Source: Rhina ancylostomus
Taxonomy: Eukaryota
Length of the DNA stretch: 64,000 nt
NCBI GenBank assembly: GCA_030265395.1
Contig: JARFYF010000084.1
Coordinates: 23,302,058-23,366,057, forward strand
Reading direction: 5' to 3'
Position 1 is the stretch's first letter, and every line of letters starts with the position of its first letter. The notes under the pieces were generated by a model that worked only from the letters and a program-made list of their open reading frames with translations, searched no databases and was not told the DNA's origin. The translations under genes and the position numbers were made by a program. Below are positions 1 through 13,499 of the stretch, in pieces.

Positions 1-499
1 ATTCTATGCTTCATTGGGTCATTTATTGTAGTTTCCATTTACAGTATATACTTGGTTGTTTATTAAATATGCACAATGTTAATTTATAATATAAAAAGAG
101 TTAAATGAATGATTTCTTTGAGCAATTACTCCTTAGCATATTGAAAGTTAAGAGCTGACGTACAGTTTATCCTAAGGATATTCTGCCAAAGTCTCTGATA
201 GTGGACCATTGAAAAACCTATTCCACAAGCAAATTGTGAAATACTGAACCATTTCTGACTTGGTGAATGTCTCTCTCTTTGTTGTTTCAGAGCTAATTTT
301 CTCCTTGACATACTCTTGTAGTGGTGTCAGTTGGGACCATTTCACAGTTTAACAGGCCATATTGCACTAAGTTTCAGCCAATGCTTCCACAGAGAAATGT
401 TGGCTGCCTGCAGTGCAGTTATCATCAGTGTACTGACCAGTGTGTGTTAGGGATTGATACTACGGCCTCAACTTCTTACAAGTCATAGAACAGAATATA

Positions 500-687
500 A
501 AATTGCACTTTATTTGTCCACCTGCACTGCATTTTCTCTGCAACTGCAACACTATATTCTGCATTCTGTTTTCCTTATACTACCTCGATGTAAATATGAA
601 TGACGTGATCTGTCTGGATGGCATGCAAAACAAAAGCTTTTCACTGTATCTCAGTACTTGTGACAGAAATAAACCAATACCAATAAT
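500..687 (+). mobile_element. 3' end of a LINE (tentatively Rex1/Babar-like) with aataaaccaataccaata tail
   Basis: Ends cttttcactgtatctcagtacttgtgacagaaataaaccaataccaata. Homologous reverse-strand copies at 62413-62577 and 63805-64000. Clade assignment is inference. Confidence 0.55.
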
Positions 688-902
688 TTAGATGAAAGCG
701 CTGAAGGTATGGTTGATAACTTTGCTTATGCCACAAAGATAGGTAGTTAAGTAACTTGTGAAGAGGAAGTAAGGAAGTTACAGAGGGATATGTAGATAAA
801 TTGACTGAGTGAATAAAGATCTAGATCACGGGATATAATGTTGGAAAATGTGAAATTGTCTATTTCAGCAGGAAAGATTAAAAAAAAAGAAGCATAATAT
901 CT

Positions 903-984
903 AGAGCAACAAACAATCTGCTGGAGGAGCTCAGTGAGTCAAGCAGCATCTGGGAAGAAAGTACTTGTCGACATTTCAGGTCAA
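903..984 (-). mobile_element. Short Penelope-derived terminal element, truncated by a gap
   Basis: gagcaacaaacaatctgctggaggagctcag...gcagcatctg...gtcgacatttcaggtcaa is the reverse complement of the motif at 32500-32588. Confidence 0.7.
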
Positions 985-1074
985 NNNNNNNNNNNNNNNN
1001 NNNNNNNNNNNNNNNNNNNNNNNNNNNNNNNNNNNNNNNNNNNNNNNNNNNNNNNNNNNNNNNNNNNNNNNNNN

Positions 1075-1076
1075 TA

Positions 1077-1123
<47 letters not shown>
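1075..1123. repeat. (TA)n microsatellite next to an assembly gap
   Basis: Directly visible TA run. Confidence 0.95.
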
Positions 1124-1133
<10 letters not shown>

Positions 1134-2004
1134 TAGAAAAGGTAGAATAGTATAATGGAGACACAGAGACTATTATCTAAATGGTGATAGACTGCAGTTC
1201 TTTGAGATTTGGAGGAATTTTATTGGCCTTGTGCATGATTAGTAAAAGGCTGGTTTGCAGGTACTGCAATTTGAAAAGCTAGCTTACTTGTGCTCTGAAG
1301 AGGAAGATGTGAAGAATGATATTCTACAAGTACATAAGTTAACATCTGTTTGATGTATACTTGATGGTATGTAGCACTATTTTCCTACACTTCAAAAGTT
1401 CTTCATTGGCGCATAAGCACTTTGGAATTTCTTGAAAAGGACGTGAAAAGTGCTATATGAATGCAAATTGTTCTGTGGTAATATAGAATTAAGTTCAATT
1501 TTTTTGTCCCCAGGTATATTGTAGAAACTTGAGAGACTAGCGGATACTTTGTGCCTTTCAATGAATATGAGTTGCATTTATAACTTGTAGAAGAGATTAT
1601 TAAGGGAAGTACTGACACCAAGATTCTGCAAATTTACCTCGGCAATGCTTCAGTTTAAAAGAGGTGTGAAGAATCTATTGTTGACCCAAGGAGAAAACTT
1701 GCAGTCACCCATTAATGATCAGTTTACGATATTCAATAAAATTTACACAGTGGTAAATCTTCAGCTGATGCCAATTTGGGAAGAACCAAATTCTGCAGGT
1801 TTTTCAATTCATAATGGGCAGTCTTTCCCCTGGACCTATGTTCGGTTAGAGATGGTCCAAGAAAGGTTGTCTCATGAAAATGAATGGGGGAAATTCAGCC
1901 ACTGGTTGAACATTTTATTTGATTTAATTTTTTTCTGTGTGTGCGCGCTTAAATTTTTTGAAATGCACCAATGTTGTTAATTTTTAAAAATATTTTCTGA
2001 GATA

Positions 2005-2585
2005 CTTTAGCAAGGCCTTTGACAAAGTCCCGCATGGGAGGCTGATCCAGAAGGTTAAGTTACACGGTATACAGGATGAAGGAGTCAATTGGATTCAAAG
2101 TTGGCTTAGCGGGAGAAGCCAGAGAATGGTAGCAGATGGTTGTCTCTCTGATTTGAGGCCTGTGAGTAGTGGTGTGCCATAGGGATCGGTGCTGGGTCCG
2201 TGGTTATTTATCATCTATGTTAATGATTTAGATGATAATGTGGTAAACTGGATCAGCAAAGTTGCAGATGACACCAAGATTGGGGGCGTAGTGGACAGCG
2301 AAGAAGGCTATCAAAGCTTGCAAAGTGATCTGGACCAGCTGGGAAAATTGGCTGTAAAATGGCACATGGAATTTAATGCAGACAAGTGTGAGGTGATGCA
2401 CTTTGGGAGGATAAACCAGGGTAAGACTTGCACAGTGAAGTGGATACGGGTTCAATTGTAATATTTAAGAGAAGTTTGGATAGGTACATGGATGAGAGAC
2501 ATCTGGAGGGTTAAGGATGAGGCAGAAAACCAGGCTAGCATGGACTAGATGGGCTGAAGGTCCTGTTTCTGTGCTGTAGTACTCT
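2005..2585 (+). mobile_element. CR1 LINE reverse-transcriptase fragment joined by a deletion to the 3' tail
   Basis: FSKAFDKVPH...GSVLGPWLFIIYVNDLD...ISKVADDTKIGGVVDSEEG...FNADKCEVMHFG, then the CR1-type tail gggctgaaggtcctgtttctgtgctgta. Confidence 0.92.
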
Positions 2586-3109
2586 AACACCTGCAGAGGT
2601 TTTGTATGTTTTTATACACTGGATTCGTTTTTGAAAATGCATTGAAAAAAAATGTTGCATATTGTTTGTAAATATTAAAGACCAGAAATGGCAAATTTTC
2701 TATATGACAACAATGCTTTCATGATAATTTCTTTTGATAATTTTTCTATGGCAGAAATTAGTTCAGTGTCACAGTGTAAAGGGATGTTTGGCAAGTGCTT
2801 TGAATTCCTGTGGAGCTTTTTAGAGTTTGTTAGCAAGAGCGTTTTCACAGTTAGCCTTTCATTGTGTCAGAGCTGATGTCTTACAGGAAAAGATGTTGCT
2901 TAGTAACGGCTGTATATAATTTTTTTATTGGTGCAGGCATTATGTCCTTGTTTGGAGGTACGGCTGAAATATTTACTCAGCTGAGACAGTTGAATAACAC
3001 ATTTATTCAACACCAGTGAAATATATGATTATAATGAGGATTTATCTGCACTTGAATTTAAATGTTGTGCTTGCTGGAAATTTGAAATATAAACAAAGCA
3101 GAGAAAGTG

Positions 3110-3560
3110 ATTCAAGGGTAGCTATTTGTAGTAGAAGGAGATGGTTAGAGGTCTTCCCCAAGGAGCTGTGCTAATCCCAGCATTAATGACCAATGTCTGG
3201 AATCAAAAACACTCGTCTACCTTTATGGATGAAGCAAAAACTTTGGGGAAAAGGGGAATTATCAATGCTGAGGTGCACTGTAACAAATTACAAGAGGACA
3301 TTACTAACTTTGAAGAATCGGGAAATAATTGACAGAAGAATTTCAATACAGATAAATGCAAGTTAGTGCTGAGAAGTAGAACTAAGACATCACTTATTAT
3401 GCGAATTCAGGTGGGGGTGTAAGAACAAAGGGGTCTTAGATACACCAACTACTCGTGTTGTGCCATGGGTTCGCAAGGCAAAGCCATAAAATGCAACAAA
3501 GCACTGGGTTTATCTTTCGAGGTATAGAATGGAAAAGCATGGAAGGATGAACAAACTTTA
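3110..3560 (+). mobile_element. Old, highly decayed CR1 RT fragment
   Basis: GLPQGAVL and FMDEAK..LQEDI remnants (ORF 3141..3332), plus FNTDKC. Confidence 0.55.
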
Positions 3561-3669
3561 CAAAAAAAATAAGGCTGAGCATTGACCAAATACAGGTCTT
3601 TCGAATTATGAATGGGTTTCATCTCAAGAACCTCCTACACCCAAAGAGTTGAAAGGAGCAAAGAGACAA

Positions 3670-4230
3670 AGAGCATTATGGCACAAACAGAACCCACAGC
3701 CCACCACGTCCATGCTGACTATCAAGTTCCTTTCTACAGTAATTTCATTTACCAATACTTGGTCCATTGCCCACTATGCCTTGCCAATTCAAGTGTTCGT
3801 CATGATATTTCTGGAAAAGCACTTGCCTCCACCACCTCCTTAGGCAATGTGTTCCATATTGCAACCACCTTCTTGGTGAAAAAATTCTTCCTCACATCTT
3901 TGAACCTCTTCCTTTAAACTCTCTGCTCCACCCCTTTAGCCTATGATGTCTGGTCTTGGTTCATGTCTGCCATGGGGTAAAGTGTTTTACTAACACCCTA
4001 CCTATGCCTCTCATAGATTTGTGCACCTCTGTCACATTCCCCCTCAGCCTCCTCTGCTCCAAGGAAAACAAACCGAGCCTATCCAATCTCTCCTCATAAC
4101 TGAAATGTTTTATCCCAGGCAACATCCTGATGAATCTCCTCTGCACCCTCTCCAGCGCATCATGTCCTTGCTATAGTGTGGTAATCAGAATTTTACACAA
4201 TATTCCAGCTGCGGACTAAGCAACGTTTTA
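3670..4230 (-). mobile_element. CR1 LINE 3' region
   Basis: ORF 3961..4146 QRRFIRMLPGIKHFSYEERLDRLGLFSLEQRRLRG is a typical CR1 ORF2 C-terminus, followed by the 3' tail. Confidence 0.88.
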
Positions 4231-4244
4231 TAATGGCAGGGGGT

Positions 4245-5345
4245 CATATAGCATGGACACTGGTCATTTGGCCCACAGTGTCCATGGGTACCCATCTGTA
4301 TTAATCTGATCTTCCAGCATTTAGCCCATACTCGTCTATGCCTGGGCGATTCATGTACTCATCTCAACACTTAAGTGCTGTCAGCAACTGTTTCCAAGTA
4401 CTCGCCACCCACTGGGTGAAAAAGTTTCCTCTCAGATCCCCTCTAATTCTCTTGCCCCTTTCCCTGAATGAACAATTGCCTGTCCAGTATTCTCTCATAA
4501 CTGAACTGCTCTGCCCCAACAGCATCTTGGTGAATGTCCTTTGGACCCTCTCCAGTGCTGTCACACCCTTCCTCTTGTGTGGTGACCAGAACTGTGAACA
4601 GTACTCTAGCTGAGGTCTCAACAATGTCGTCTAAAGTTGATAACGTATCAATGTCGCCCTCTAACCTCAGTCTACACTCCACAGTATCAACAACTCCATC
4701 AATTATCCTGTCATTTGTGAACTTACTGATCATGCCTCCCACATCCAAATTATTCACATATATTACAAACTACAAGGGTTCCAGTAGTGATCACTGCAGA
4801 ACATCACCAGTCACAGGCATCCGATCACATAAACAACTCTCTACCATCACCTTCTGTCTCCTATTACCAAGCCATTTATGGATCCAATTTACCAACTTGC
4901 CCTGGATCCACTGACCCCTAATCATTTGGACCAGTTTCTCATTTAGGACTTTGTCAAAGGCCTTACTGAAGTCCATGTAAACCACAGCTAATAAACTGCC
5001 CCCATCAATACATTTTGTTCCCTTTTCAAAAAAAAATTCAATCAGATTGGTCAGACAGGATTTGCCCTTGACAAAGCCATGCTGGCTATCTCTGTTCTGT
5101 CCCTGCCTTACCAAGTGATTATTAATCCTGTCCTTCAGAATTTTCTCTTAAGCTACTGATGTTAGGCCCACAGTTCTGTAATTACTAGGAGAAACAAAAT
5201 CTGCTCGAGGTATTCCAGTATCTGCAGTCTCTTGTGTCTCCACTGTAATTGCCAGGTTTTTCTCTACTGCCCTTTTTCAAAGGTAGGTCGGGGAGACATT
5301 TTCCATTGTCCAATCATTTCGTACCTCATTTGTGGCCAGCAAAGA
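4245..5345 (-). mobile_element. CR1 LINE ORF2 (RT) fragment with 3' tail
   Basis: SQHGFVKGKSCLTNLIEFF...VYMDFSKAFDKV and RPQLEYCSQFWSPH...ALERVQRTFTKML. Confidence 0.9.
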
Positions 5346-5364
5346 TTAAAAAAGTGTTGGTCAG

Positions 5365-6100
5365 AAAATGCTCTGATTAGTCAGCAAATCAGGCAGTCTC
5401 TGAGGAGAGTTCATGTTTCAGGTTGGTGATCTTTCATTGGAAATGGAAAAGAGAAAACTGAGGTGTTTTAAGTTGCAGTGGAAATGAAGGGTGGTGTAGA
5501 GCGAACAGAAGGAACGTCTGAACGACAGAGACCAAGATTGTCCAGGTGAGAGAATTGCTGTTGGTGCTGCCTGAAAAAAAGGTGATGAATGCTTATTAAT
5601 TACAGCTGATCTATCTGTAGATAGAGGAAGATGAATGTGGGCTGTAGAGAGGAAAAACCACTGAAAATGTGAACTGCAGAACAGAGCAGTTGGTGGGAAT
5701 ACTGAGCAAATTAGCTGACATTAATGGAGGGGAAACACTGAGATAATGTGGATGATCTTGTATCAGAACTGGTTTGTTGTGACACAAACAGAAAGGGCTG
5801 GTCATTTGAAATTGTTACATTCAATAAAGTCCTGAGAGCTGCAAAGTGCCTGGAAGGAAGATGTTTCTCATGCTTATCTTGGGTTTTGTTGAAGCAGTGT
5901 AGGAGATCAAAGACAGAGGTCAGAGTGGAACAGAATTAAAATAGCAACTGACTGGAAAGTCAGTGTCACTTCTGCAGACTGAATGGAGATGTGCTGTGAA
6001 GTGGTCACCCAGTTTTGCATTTGGTTTCTCCAATGCAAACAAAACCACATTGCAAGCATTGAATACAGAATGCTAAATTGGAAGAAGTACAACTGAACGT
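5365..6100 (-). mobile_element. Penelope-like element remnant (GIY-YIG endonuclease region and 3' terminal repeat)
   Basis: Reverse strand reads FSCTSSNLAFCIQCLQCGFVCIGETKCK/LGDHFTAHLHSV (CxxC..IGET..LGD.F..H). Decayed hammerhead-type terminus near 5410-5440. Confidence 0.8.
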
Positions 6101-7477
6101 AAAATATGTGGTCTGGTAATATGATCCACTTCAAATCTTTCTGTCAACCTTGCAGTGATTTAGTCCTAACAAAAGAAACTAATAAAAATGTATCAGTAGA
6201 CCCCTGATAATTCAGGCTGCTTGGAGCCCAATTACTCGCAGCCATTATCATCACAGCTATTCAGTTAAAGATAGTAATGGTATTATTCTTCTGTTCACTT
6301 CACGTGCTGAATGGAATGTTGCAATTTACTGCATTGTGTACCTTAACAATGAATGCGTCAAACTGGAGAAAACCAATAATTGCAAAATGAGTCTTCTGGG
6401 CAGACAAGATAATGGAAATGAGATTGTTATTTCAACTTTATTTTGGGTGATATGATTTTATTAATAGTTGACCAAATGTTGGATGGAACACGTTTCTAAG
6501 ATTTCCTGAGTGAGCTTTTAACTTTTTGTAAGTTGTCTGGTATTTGTGAAAAGATGCTTTACCGGGATCATTGTTGCTCTTTTCGTTTTTCAAGTTTTTT
6601 TGTGGAGTCTATTGCAGTTGTAAAAAAAGGTGACTTCAAAGATTAAATGCCTGTGCTGCACGAACTCTGAAACAGGGAATTGATCTGATATTTCCTTCGC
6701 CACACTTAAAATACCTCTTCAATGACTGATTAAACATCACAGTTGATTCCTCTTGAAGAGTAACAACTGGTATTTGAAGTCGTAAGCTGATATATTTTCT
6801 TCAAAGGTGGCTGTTTTCTTTTCAACGGAATGACCTAGAATTTGTTTGAGCACTGTGTGCCTAAAGAGTTTGATTGTTCTGCTGCCATTCATCTCAGAAT
6901 AACTCGTGACCAATGAGATTTAGGGGTTGAGAAATAAACAAAGGTATGAAAGAGTAGGAAATAGGGCAGTTAGAGTCAAATTGGGTACAGAGAGGATTAG
7001 AAATATTTGATTGAGAGAGAAAAGAGACACGTGCGACAGAAAATTTGAAATTTTAAACATAAATTTTAACATTCCATTAAACATTTACTATCCAGAGGTC
7101 TGAGCTGTCACAGTTTCATTTTTATGTTTCTAGTTGGAAGAGCTTGATCAGAACTGTAGGACCATTAATTCTTAAAGAGGTACTTAAACCTCAGAATTGG
7201 ATGGTTAACACCCATTTTTCATTCCAAATCTCTCAAAAACTGATTTATCTCCTCAGCGAGGGTCGCTCTCATGATTTCTGAGTGAAGTGGTGCTTTTTGT
7301 GGCATTAGGCATACACCTGTTGGTGTCACTGTCTGTTTAACATCCTTTTCCGTCCTCACAAAAGTGAATGGGAACTTGGAGGTGCAATCTGCTGGGGTGC
7401 AGCATCTTTGTGTGCAGTAGAGCATGTGCAATCCCCTCTGCTGATGAGTCTAAACAAAATTATATTGTGTGTTTCAC

Positions 7478-8906
7478 AGCAGGGGAGTGTGGAGACAAGG
7501 AAAGTTGGAGTGATCGGAGACTTGATAGTCCAGGGGACAGACAGGAGATTCAGTGGCTATGAATAAGACTCTCGGATGGTATATTGCCTTCTGAGTGCCA
7601 GGGTCCAGGATGTCTCTGAGCGGTTGTACATTCTCAAGGGCCAGGGGGAGGAGCCAGAGGTCGATGTACACATTGGTACCAATGACATAAGGTGAAAAAG
7701 GGATGAGGTGCTGCAGAGTGAATATGGGGAGATAGACAGAAGGTTAAAAAGGAAGACATCCAGGGTTGTAATCTCTGGACTATTCCCTGTGCCATGTGCT
7801 AGTTATGGTAGGGATGGGAAGATAGGGTAGATGAATGCACGGCTGAAGAGATGATGCAGGAAGGAGGGATTCAGAGGATGTCTTCTCGGGCAGAGGTGAC
7901 CTGTACAAGAGGGGCAGGCTGCTCCTGAATAGGAAGGGGGTGTGGCAATAGCATGGCAGGGAGATTTGCTAGTGTCATTCGGGAGAGCTTAAACCAGTCT
8001 GGTAGGGGGTGGGACACAAAGCAGCGGTGAGATAGATGAGAAAGTTGAGGCAAATATAGAAGTTAGAGCAAGCAAGTTCAGTAGGTGGAAAAGACAAGCA
8101 CAGGAGAGGAAGTGAGGAAGATCTGATCGGCTGAACTGCATTTATTTTAAGCGTGACAGGTAAGGCAGGTGAACTCAGGACATGGATAGGTACAATGGAA
8201 TGGGATATTATAGCTGTTGAAGAAACATGATTGAGGGATGAGCAGGACTGGCAGCTCAATGTTCCAGGGTACAGATGCTATAGGCATGATAAGGTGGAGG
8301 TTAGGCAGGAGGTGGAGCTGGTTTTTTGATTCGGGAAAACATCACGGCATACTTAGGATATTCATGGGGTATTGCCCAGTGAGGCTTTATAGATGGAAAT
8401 CAGAAATAAGAATGGAGCAGTCACTTTGATGGAATTGTACTATAGGCTGCCCAATAGTCAGTGAGAATTAGAGGAGCAAATTGTAGGGAGATTGAGATGG
8501 CTGTAAAAGCAATAAGGTTGTAATGGGAGGTGATTTTAGCTTCTCTAATATTCTCTGGGACTGCCATAGTTCTTAGGGCTGGAATGGGGTGGAATTTGAA
8601 AGTTTTCTCAAGCAATATGCAGATGGCTCTGCTCGAGAGGGGGCAACATTGGACCTCCTATTGCCAAATGACACAGGGTAAGTGTCAGTGAGGGAGCACT
8701 TTGGGACTGGTGGCCATCATTCTGTTTGGTTTAAAATAGTTATGCAAAAAGGTCGGACAGGTTCATGAGTTTGATGGTGTGGGACAGGAACTTGCAAAGG
8801 TTGATTGGGAGAGGCTATTTGCAGATAAGGGGATGTTGGGCAAGTGGGAGGCTTTCAGAAGGGAGATAGAGTTCAGGGCCAATATGTTCTGGCTGGAATG
8901 AAGGGC
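7478..8906 (+). mobile_element. CR1 LINE 5' portion: ORF1 esterase-like domain and ORF2 AP-endonuclease remnants
   Basis: VIGDLIVQGTDRRFSG...DSRMVYCL.SARVQDVSERL and HIGTND (SGNH-like ORF1). Then DIIAVEET, LYYRLPNS, DF and REGATLDLLL. Many stops and frameshifts. Confidence 0.87.
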
Positions 8907-8909
8907 GTC

Positions 8910-9260
8910 AGACTTGGACCATGCACTGCGTGGAGAAGATTTTCCTCACATCATTTTTGTTTCTTTTGGTAATCACCTTTATTCTACACCTTTTGGTTCT
9001 TGACTCTTCTGCTAATGGGAACAGATTCTCTCTATCTACTCTGTCCATGCATTTAATCATATGAAATATAATTTTAAATATCAGATCCTCTTGCAGTTTC
9101 TGCTCCAAGGAGGTCAACCACAGCTTCTCCATCTGCATTAATAGCTGCAGTCCCTTATTCTAGGAATCATTTTAGTAAATCCCTTCTGTACCCTCTATAA
9201 ATCCTATGCATTCAACCTCAAGTTTAGGCCCAGAGCAGGGAACATTAATCCGAGTTATGG
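8910..9260 (-). mobile_element. CR1 ORF2 C-terminal fragment
   Basis: ORF 8908..9138 SLEQKLQEDL...DRVDRENLFPLAEESRT. Confidence 0.7.
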
Positions 9261-9329
9261 TGAAACTAGGATCATCTTACAATATTATCTCGAGCAGCAG
9301 TAAGCCTGAGGTTTGGCAAAGTTGTAGAA

Positions 9330-10770
9330 ATGAAGACTGTTGATAAAGAGGAAGAAAATATAATAAAAATAAGCCAGCAACAGCTTCTGTTTCTATGTAA
9401 AATGGAAGTGATCAGTTAAGGTCAATAGAAGCTATAATGGAGAATGAGAAAATGCCTGAGATGTTAAATGTATATTTTGTACCTATGTACAAAACAGGAA
9501 ACAAAACAAGAATAGTGGGGCAAAGTGTTCTGTTGAGAGTAAGGAGCAAAGTAACTAATGTTATCTGACAAAAAGTACAGAAGATTCTAATAGAACAAAA
9601 AAAGCTGGTACATTCTCCAGATCTGATGGCCTACAGTCTGTGGTTTTGAAAAAAAGTACCTTTCGAGATAAGGACATGGTAGTATTGATCTTCCATAATT
9701 CAGTAGGTTCAGAAACAACAATGGGAAAGCAGCAAATGCAGTAGAACTGTTCAAGTGGGGGAATTTCAAAAAGGAACCAGGGAACATAACTGATCTGTCA
9801 GGAAAATGCTGGAATCTGTAATTTAAAGATATGATTTCCAGAGAATGTTATGACAGTATCATGAGGTAGAGTCAGTATGCAAGATAAATAGTGTTTGACT
9901 AATTCAATTGAGTGTATTTATTCAAAGTATAACTGGAAGGGTAGATAAGAAGGAATTAATGAATATAGTGTATCTGAATTATCAAAAAACATTCCTAGAA
10001 ATGCCACACCCATTGTTGAACTAAGTAAGGGCTCATGGCATTGGAACTGTACATTGCCATGGATAAGAACTGGCTGAAGGTCAGAAAAGAATGTAGGAAT
10101 AAACAGGTCAGTTTCAGGTTGGCAGGCTGTTATTAATGGATTGCTATGTAGTTCAATGCTTGGGGCCTTGGCTGTTTCCAATCTGTTGGATGTCTGGTGT
10201 GTAATGTAACCAAGTATTCTGACAATTCAAAGCTGAATGGTGAATTGGGTTCTGAGGAAGCAGTGCTGAGGTAAATGCAGGTTAAGTGAGTTGTTTGGAA
10301 GGTGGTAGATGGAATATAATGTGGGTAAATGTGAGATTCTGCATGTTGGTAGGAAAAAGGAAAAACACATCAAGTGGTAAGCAACTTGTAAATACTGGTG
10401 TCCAGAGGGATCTGGGAGTGCTGGTACATGAAATACAAGTTAATTTACAGATACAGCAAGCAATTTGGAAAGCAAATAGTCTGTTGCCTTTTATTTCAAA
10501 GGAGCTCCCTTCATGTGTAAGGAAGTTGGTGCAGTTATACAGGGCTTCATTGAGACCACATTTATGATCCCTGAACTATAGCTGGAACCTGACTCAGATT
10601 CACTAGATTGATTTGAGGTATGTTTAAAATGTATAGTGAGAAAAGATTGAGCAGGATGGGAAGGTTCTCTCGAGTTTTGGGAACTGAGGGTATTGTTGAA
10701 GAATATGAGATCACTGGGGGTTTGACTGAGTAAATGCTGAGCAGCTGTTACTTCAGGTCGCTGAGTCTGG
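9330..10770 (+). mobile_element. Old decayed CR1 ORF2 (RT)
   Basis: CLTNSIE, W.KNWLKVRKE.VGINRSVSGWQAV.NG, VQRDLGVLVHE and LYRASLRPHL remnants. Confidence 0.7.
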
Positions 10771-10799
10771 AGGTAGGCTATAGTTGTTGCTAGGGCTTT

Positions 10800-11812
10800 T
10801 TCCTAACCCATAGATCCCTCTCCATCTTGGATGGCAGTGCCCTCGATTCTGTCCATTCTATTTCTGTTCCTCTGCTGTCATCTCTTTTCTCCTATCCCAG
10901 AACAAGGATCGAGATCCCTTTACCTGCATTTTGCACCTCCTCAGTGTTCATGTTCAGCAGATCATCCTGCAGTTTCCCTAACCTTGAATGATACCACCAG
11001 CTGATGCATGTCCCTTTGACCTGTTTAGGACTGTGAAGCATTCCCCCCTGCATGCACTGGTTCACTCTTCCACCTCCAACAACACTCATTCCCTTCTCAT
11101 GCAATAACAGAACGTACAACATTTGCACTTCTGAATTTCCCTTCTCACCACCCCGGGCCCCAAATGCCTTTTNNNNNNNNNNATTGTTTTCAGTTTGCTT
11201 GCACACTTTTACAATGTGCTGTCAGCTAGCCTTGGGAGACCAAATGCAGATTAGGTGACTGCTTTTTGAATTGCCCTCGGTAGATCTGTAAGCATGACCA
11301 TGAGGTTCTGATTGCCTGTCACTTAAATCTCCATCCCACTCCCCTTCTAACTTTCCTGTCCTCTACCTCCTGCACTATTCAATAAACCTCAATGCAAGTG
11401 TGAGAAATATGATCCTATTGTTTGTTATGGTACATTACAGTCTTCTGGACTCATTGAACACTTGAGCTCAATGATTTCATGTAATCAGCATTTTCCACTT
11501 TTAGTTCAGGTTTCATGCATTCATTTTGCCTCTGGTGAATTCAGATAATTATTCTGCATTTAAACTTGCCCAGTCAGACCTTTTGTTCCCAATCCAACCA
11601 CCTTCCACCATGCACCGTCACCCCTGCCTTCCATTCCCCCCTTTGGCTCTCTCCCCACCTCTCTCTCTTCTCTGCATCTTACTGCATATTTTATGTTTAA
11701 TTTTCCAGCTCTGATGAAAGATTATTGACCTGAGACATTAATTCTGTTTCTGTCTCCAGAGAGGCTGTCTGACCAGCTGAGTAATTTGAGCATTTTCTGT
11801 TTTTATTTCATG
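10800..11812 (+). mobile_element. Penelope-like element remnant (GIY-YIG region and terminal repeat with hammerhead-like motif at ~11711)
   Basis: GETKCRLGDCF at ~11235, homologous to 5365-6100. Terminus ctgatgaaagattattgacctgagacattaattctgtttc...gctgtctgaccagctgagt. Confidence 0.75.
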
Positions 11813-13189
11813 ATCTCAGTCGGTCAGGACATATCTTCAGTTAGGAAACTCCGAAGGTTTGCCATTATTTAACATAGAAGCTGTGAATGCACAGTCATTA
11901 AATATATTCAAGGCTGAGATAAAGGGCTTTTAAGGATAAAATTTCTCCTTGGTCAAGTGTTAAATGACCAATATGGTTGAGGCTCTGTCTTACGCTTGTC
12001 AAAGTTGATATAATTGCTTTAAGTGGAACTGTATTTCCCCTTGGATACTGAAGGAAATTGTGTAAGTCCTCCTCTAGATACCAGCATGAGAGCAGGAGTT
12101 CTGCCCCAGTGGTAATCTTGAGACCAATTAAATTCAGTTCCTTTTCTCAGCANNNNNNNNNNNNNNNNNNNNNNNNNNNNNNNNNNNNNNNNNNNNNNNN
12201 NNNNNNNNNNNNNNNNNNNNNNNNNNNNNNNNNNNNNNNNNNNNNNNNNNNNNNNNNNNNNNNNNNNNNNNNNNNNNNNNNNNNNNNNNNNNNNNNNNNN
12301 NNNNNNNNNNNNNNNNNNNNNNNNNNNNNNNNGTATCTGTGGAAAGTGCAAGCAGTTAATATTTCAGGCCAAAGAGCATTCAGTCGAACTTTAGAGTTGT
12401 AAATAATGAGTAAACACAACCTGTAATTGCACCAAAATGGAAATTGCTTTGCAGGCATCTGTAGTCAGAGAAACGGTTAACATTTCGGGTGCGGAACTTT
12501 TTTCTGTTCTTATTACAGATTTCCGGATTCCACAGTTTTTTTTCATTTGCGAATTATGCCACATTTCATTATCTCTCTTGCAGTTGCCTACTCTTTAATC
12601 CTGAATATTATTATTTTCATTGGTGGTATGCTGAACCCTTATTCTAACAGTCAAGTACTGGCACATTTCTCTGCTCATCCTGTGCCCCAGTAATGTCTCT
12701 CACTTTCCTGATTTTACACTCAATTATTTTTAGAATGTATTTTGAGTTTAAAGATAGACATTTGGATTAGCCTAGTGACAAATTGTTAAATGTTTTTACT
12801 GTACTTTATGACACAGTTCTGGGGACTGTAGATGAGGAAATGGGCTTCAGTTCCAATTTTGAATAAATTATGCAAATTGAAACAAGGGAGAGATAGTGAA
12901 ATATACACTACCTGCAAGTATCCACAATTTATTTTCTTAAAGCCCACCTCCAGTGTAGCATATCACCAATTGATAATGGGCTTTTTTTCTCCCCCCTCTC
13001 CTCTCTTTTATAGTACATGTTTTTTGTGTGTTCCTTTTAACTGTCTCATCATCACAATCTTCAAATGAACTTTTTGTGTTTTCTATCTTTCTCCCATTCA
13101 GGTTGATTTCCCTTGTTATGGATGTAAAGTCAAGACACTCACTAGGCAGAAAGCAGAAAATATAATCACCAATGGGCTCTGGAAAGAAG

Positions 13190-13340
13190 AAACAAAACTG
13201 AACGTTGAAAACAACTCAGTCGATCTCTGTAGAGGGAACAGCTGAGTTAATGATTTCAGTACGGAGCCTTTGTCAGAACAGAAAGATATTACCAATTAAT
13301 ATATACCAGAGATTGCAGCAAAGGGAAGGGGTGGAGAAAA
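13190..13340 (-). mobile_element. Decayed Penelope-derived terminal repeat
   Basis: aactcag...tctgtagagggaaca..gagttaatgatttcag...ttgtcagaac, the same motif family in reverse. Confidence 0.5.
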
Positions 13341-13499
13341 CACATGCATGCATGCATGAACACATGAAGAAATTGAATGACCCTGAAGGGTTCTTGTGAA
13401 GAAAATAAAATGGTTAAATGGTTTTAAGTAGTATAAACAATGGATAATAGGACAGACAGGAGAGGTTAAAGACAATTATGAGATGCATGAACAGGTGAG

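Larger units (their letters stand above)
688..1280 (+). mobile_element. Decayed CR1 LINE RT fragment interrupted by a short insertion and a gap
   Basis: Degenerate LDE..EGMV..FAYATK (FADDTK motif) followed by gaaaatgtgaaattgtctattt (KCE..HF-like). Confidence 0.6.

Noticed and set aside
7478-8906. Possible intact or domesticated esterase/endonuclease gene
   Set aside because: Multiple stops and frameshifts mark it as an ordinary dead CR1 copy.
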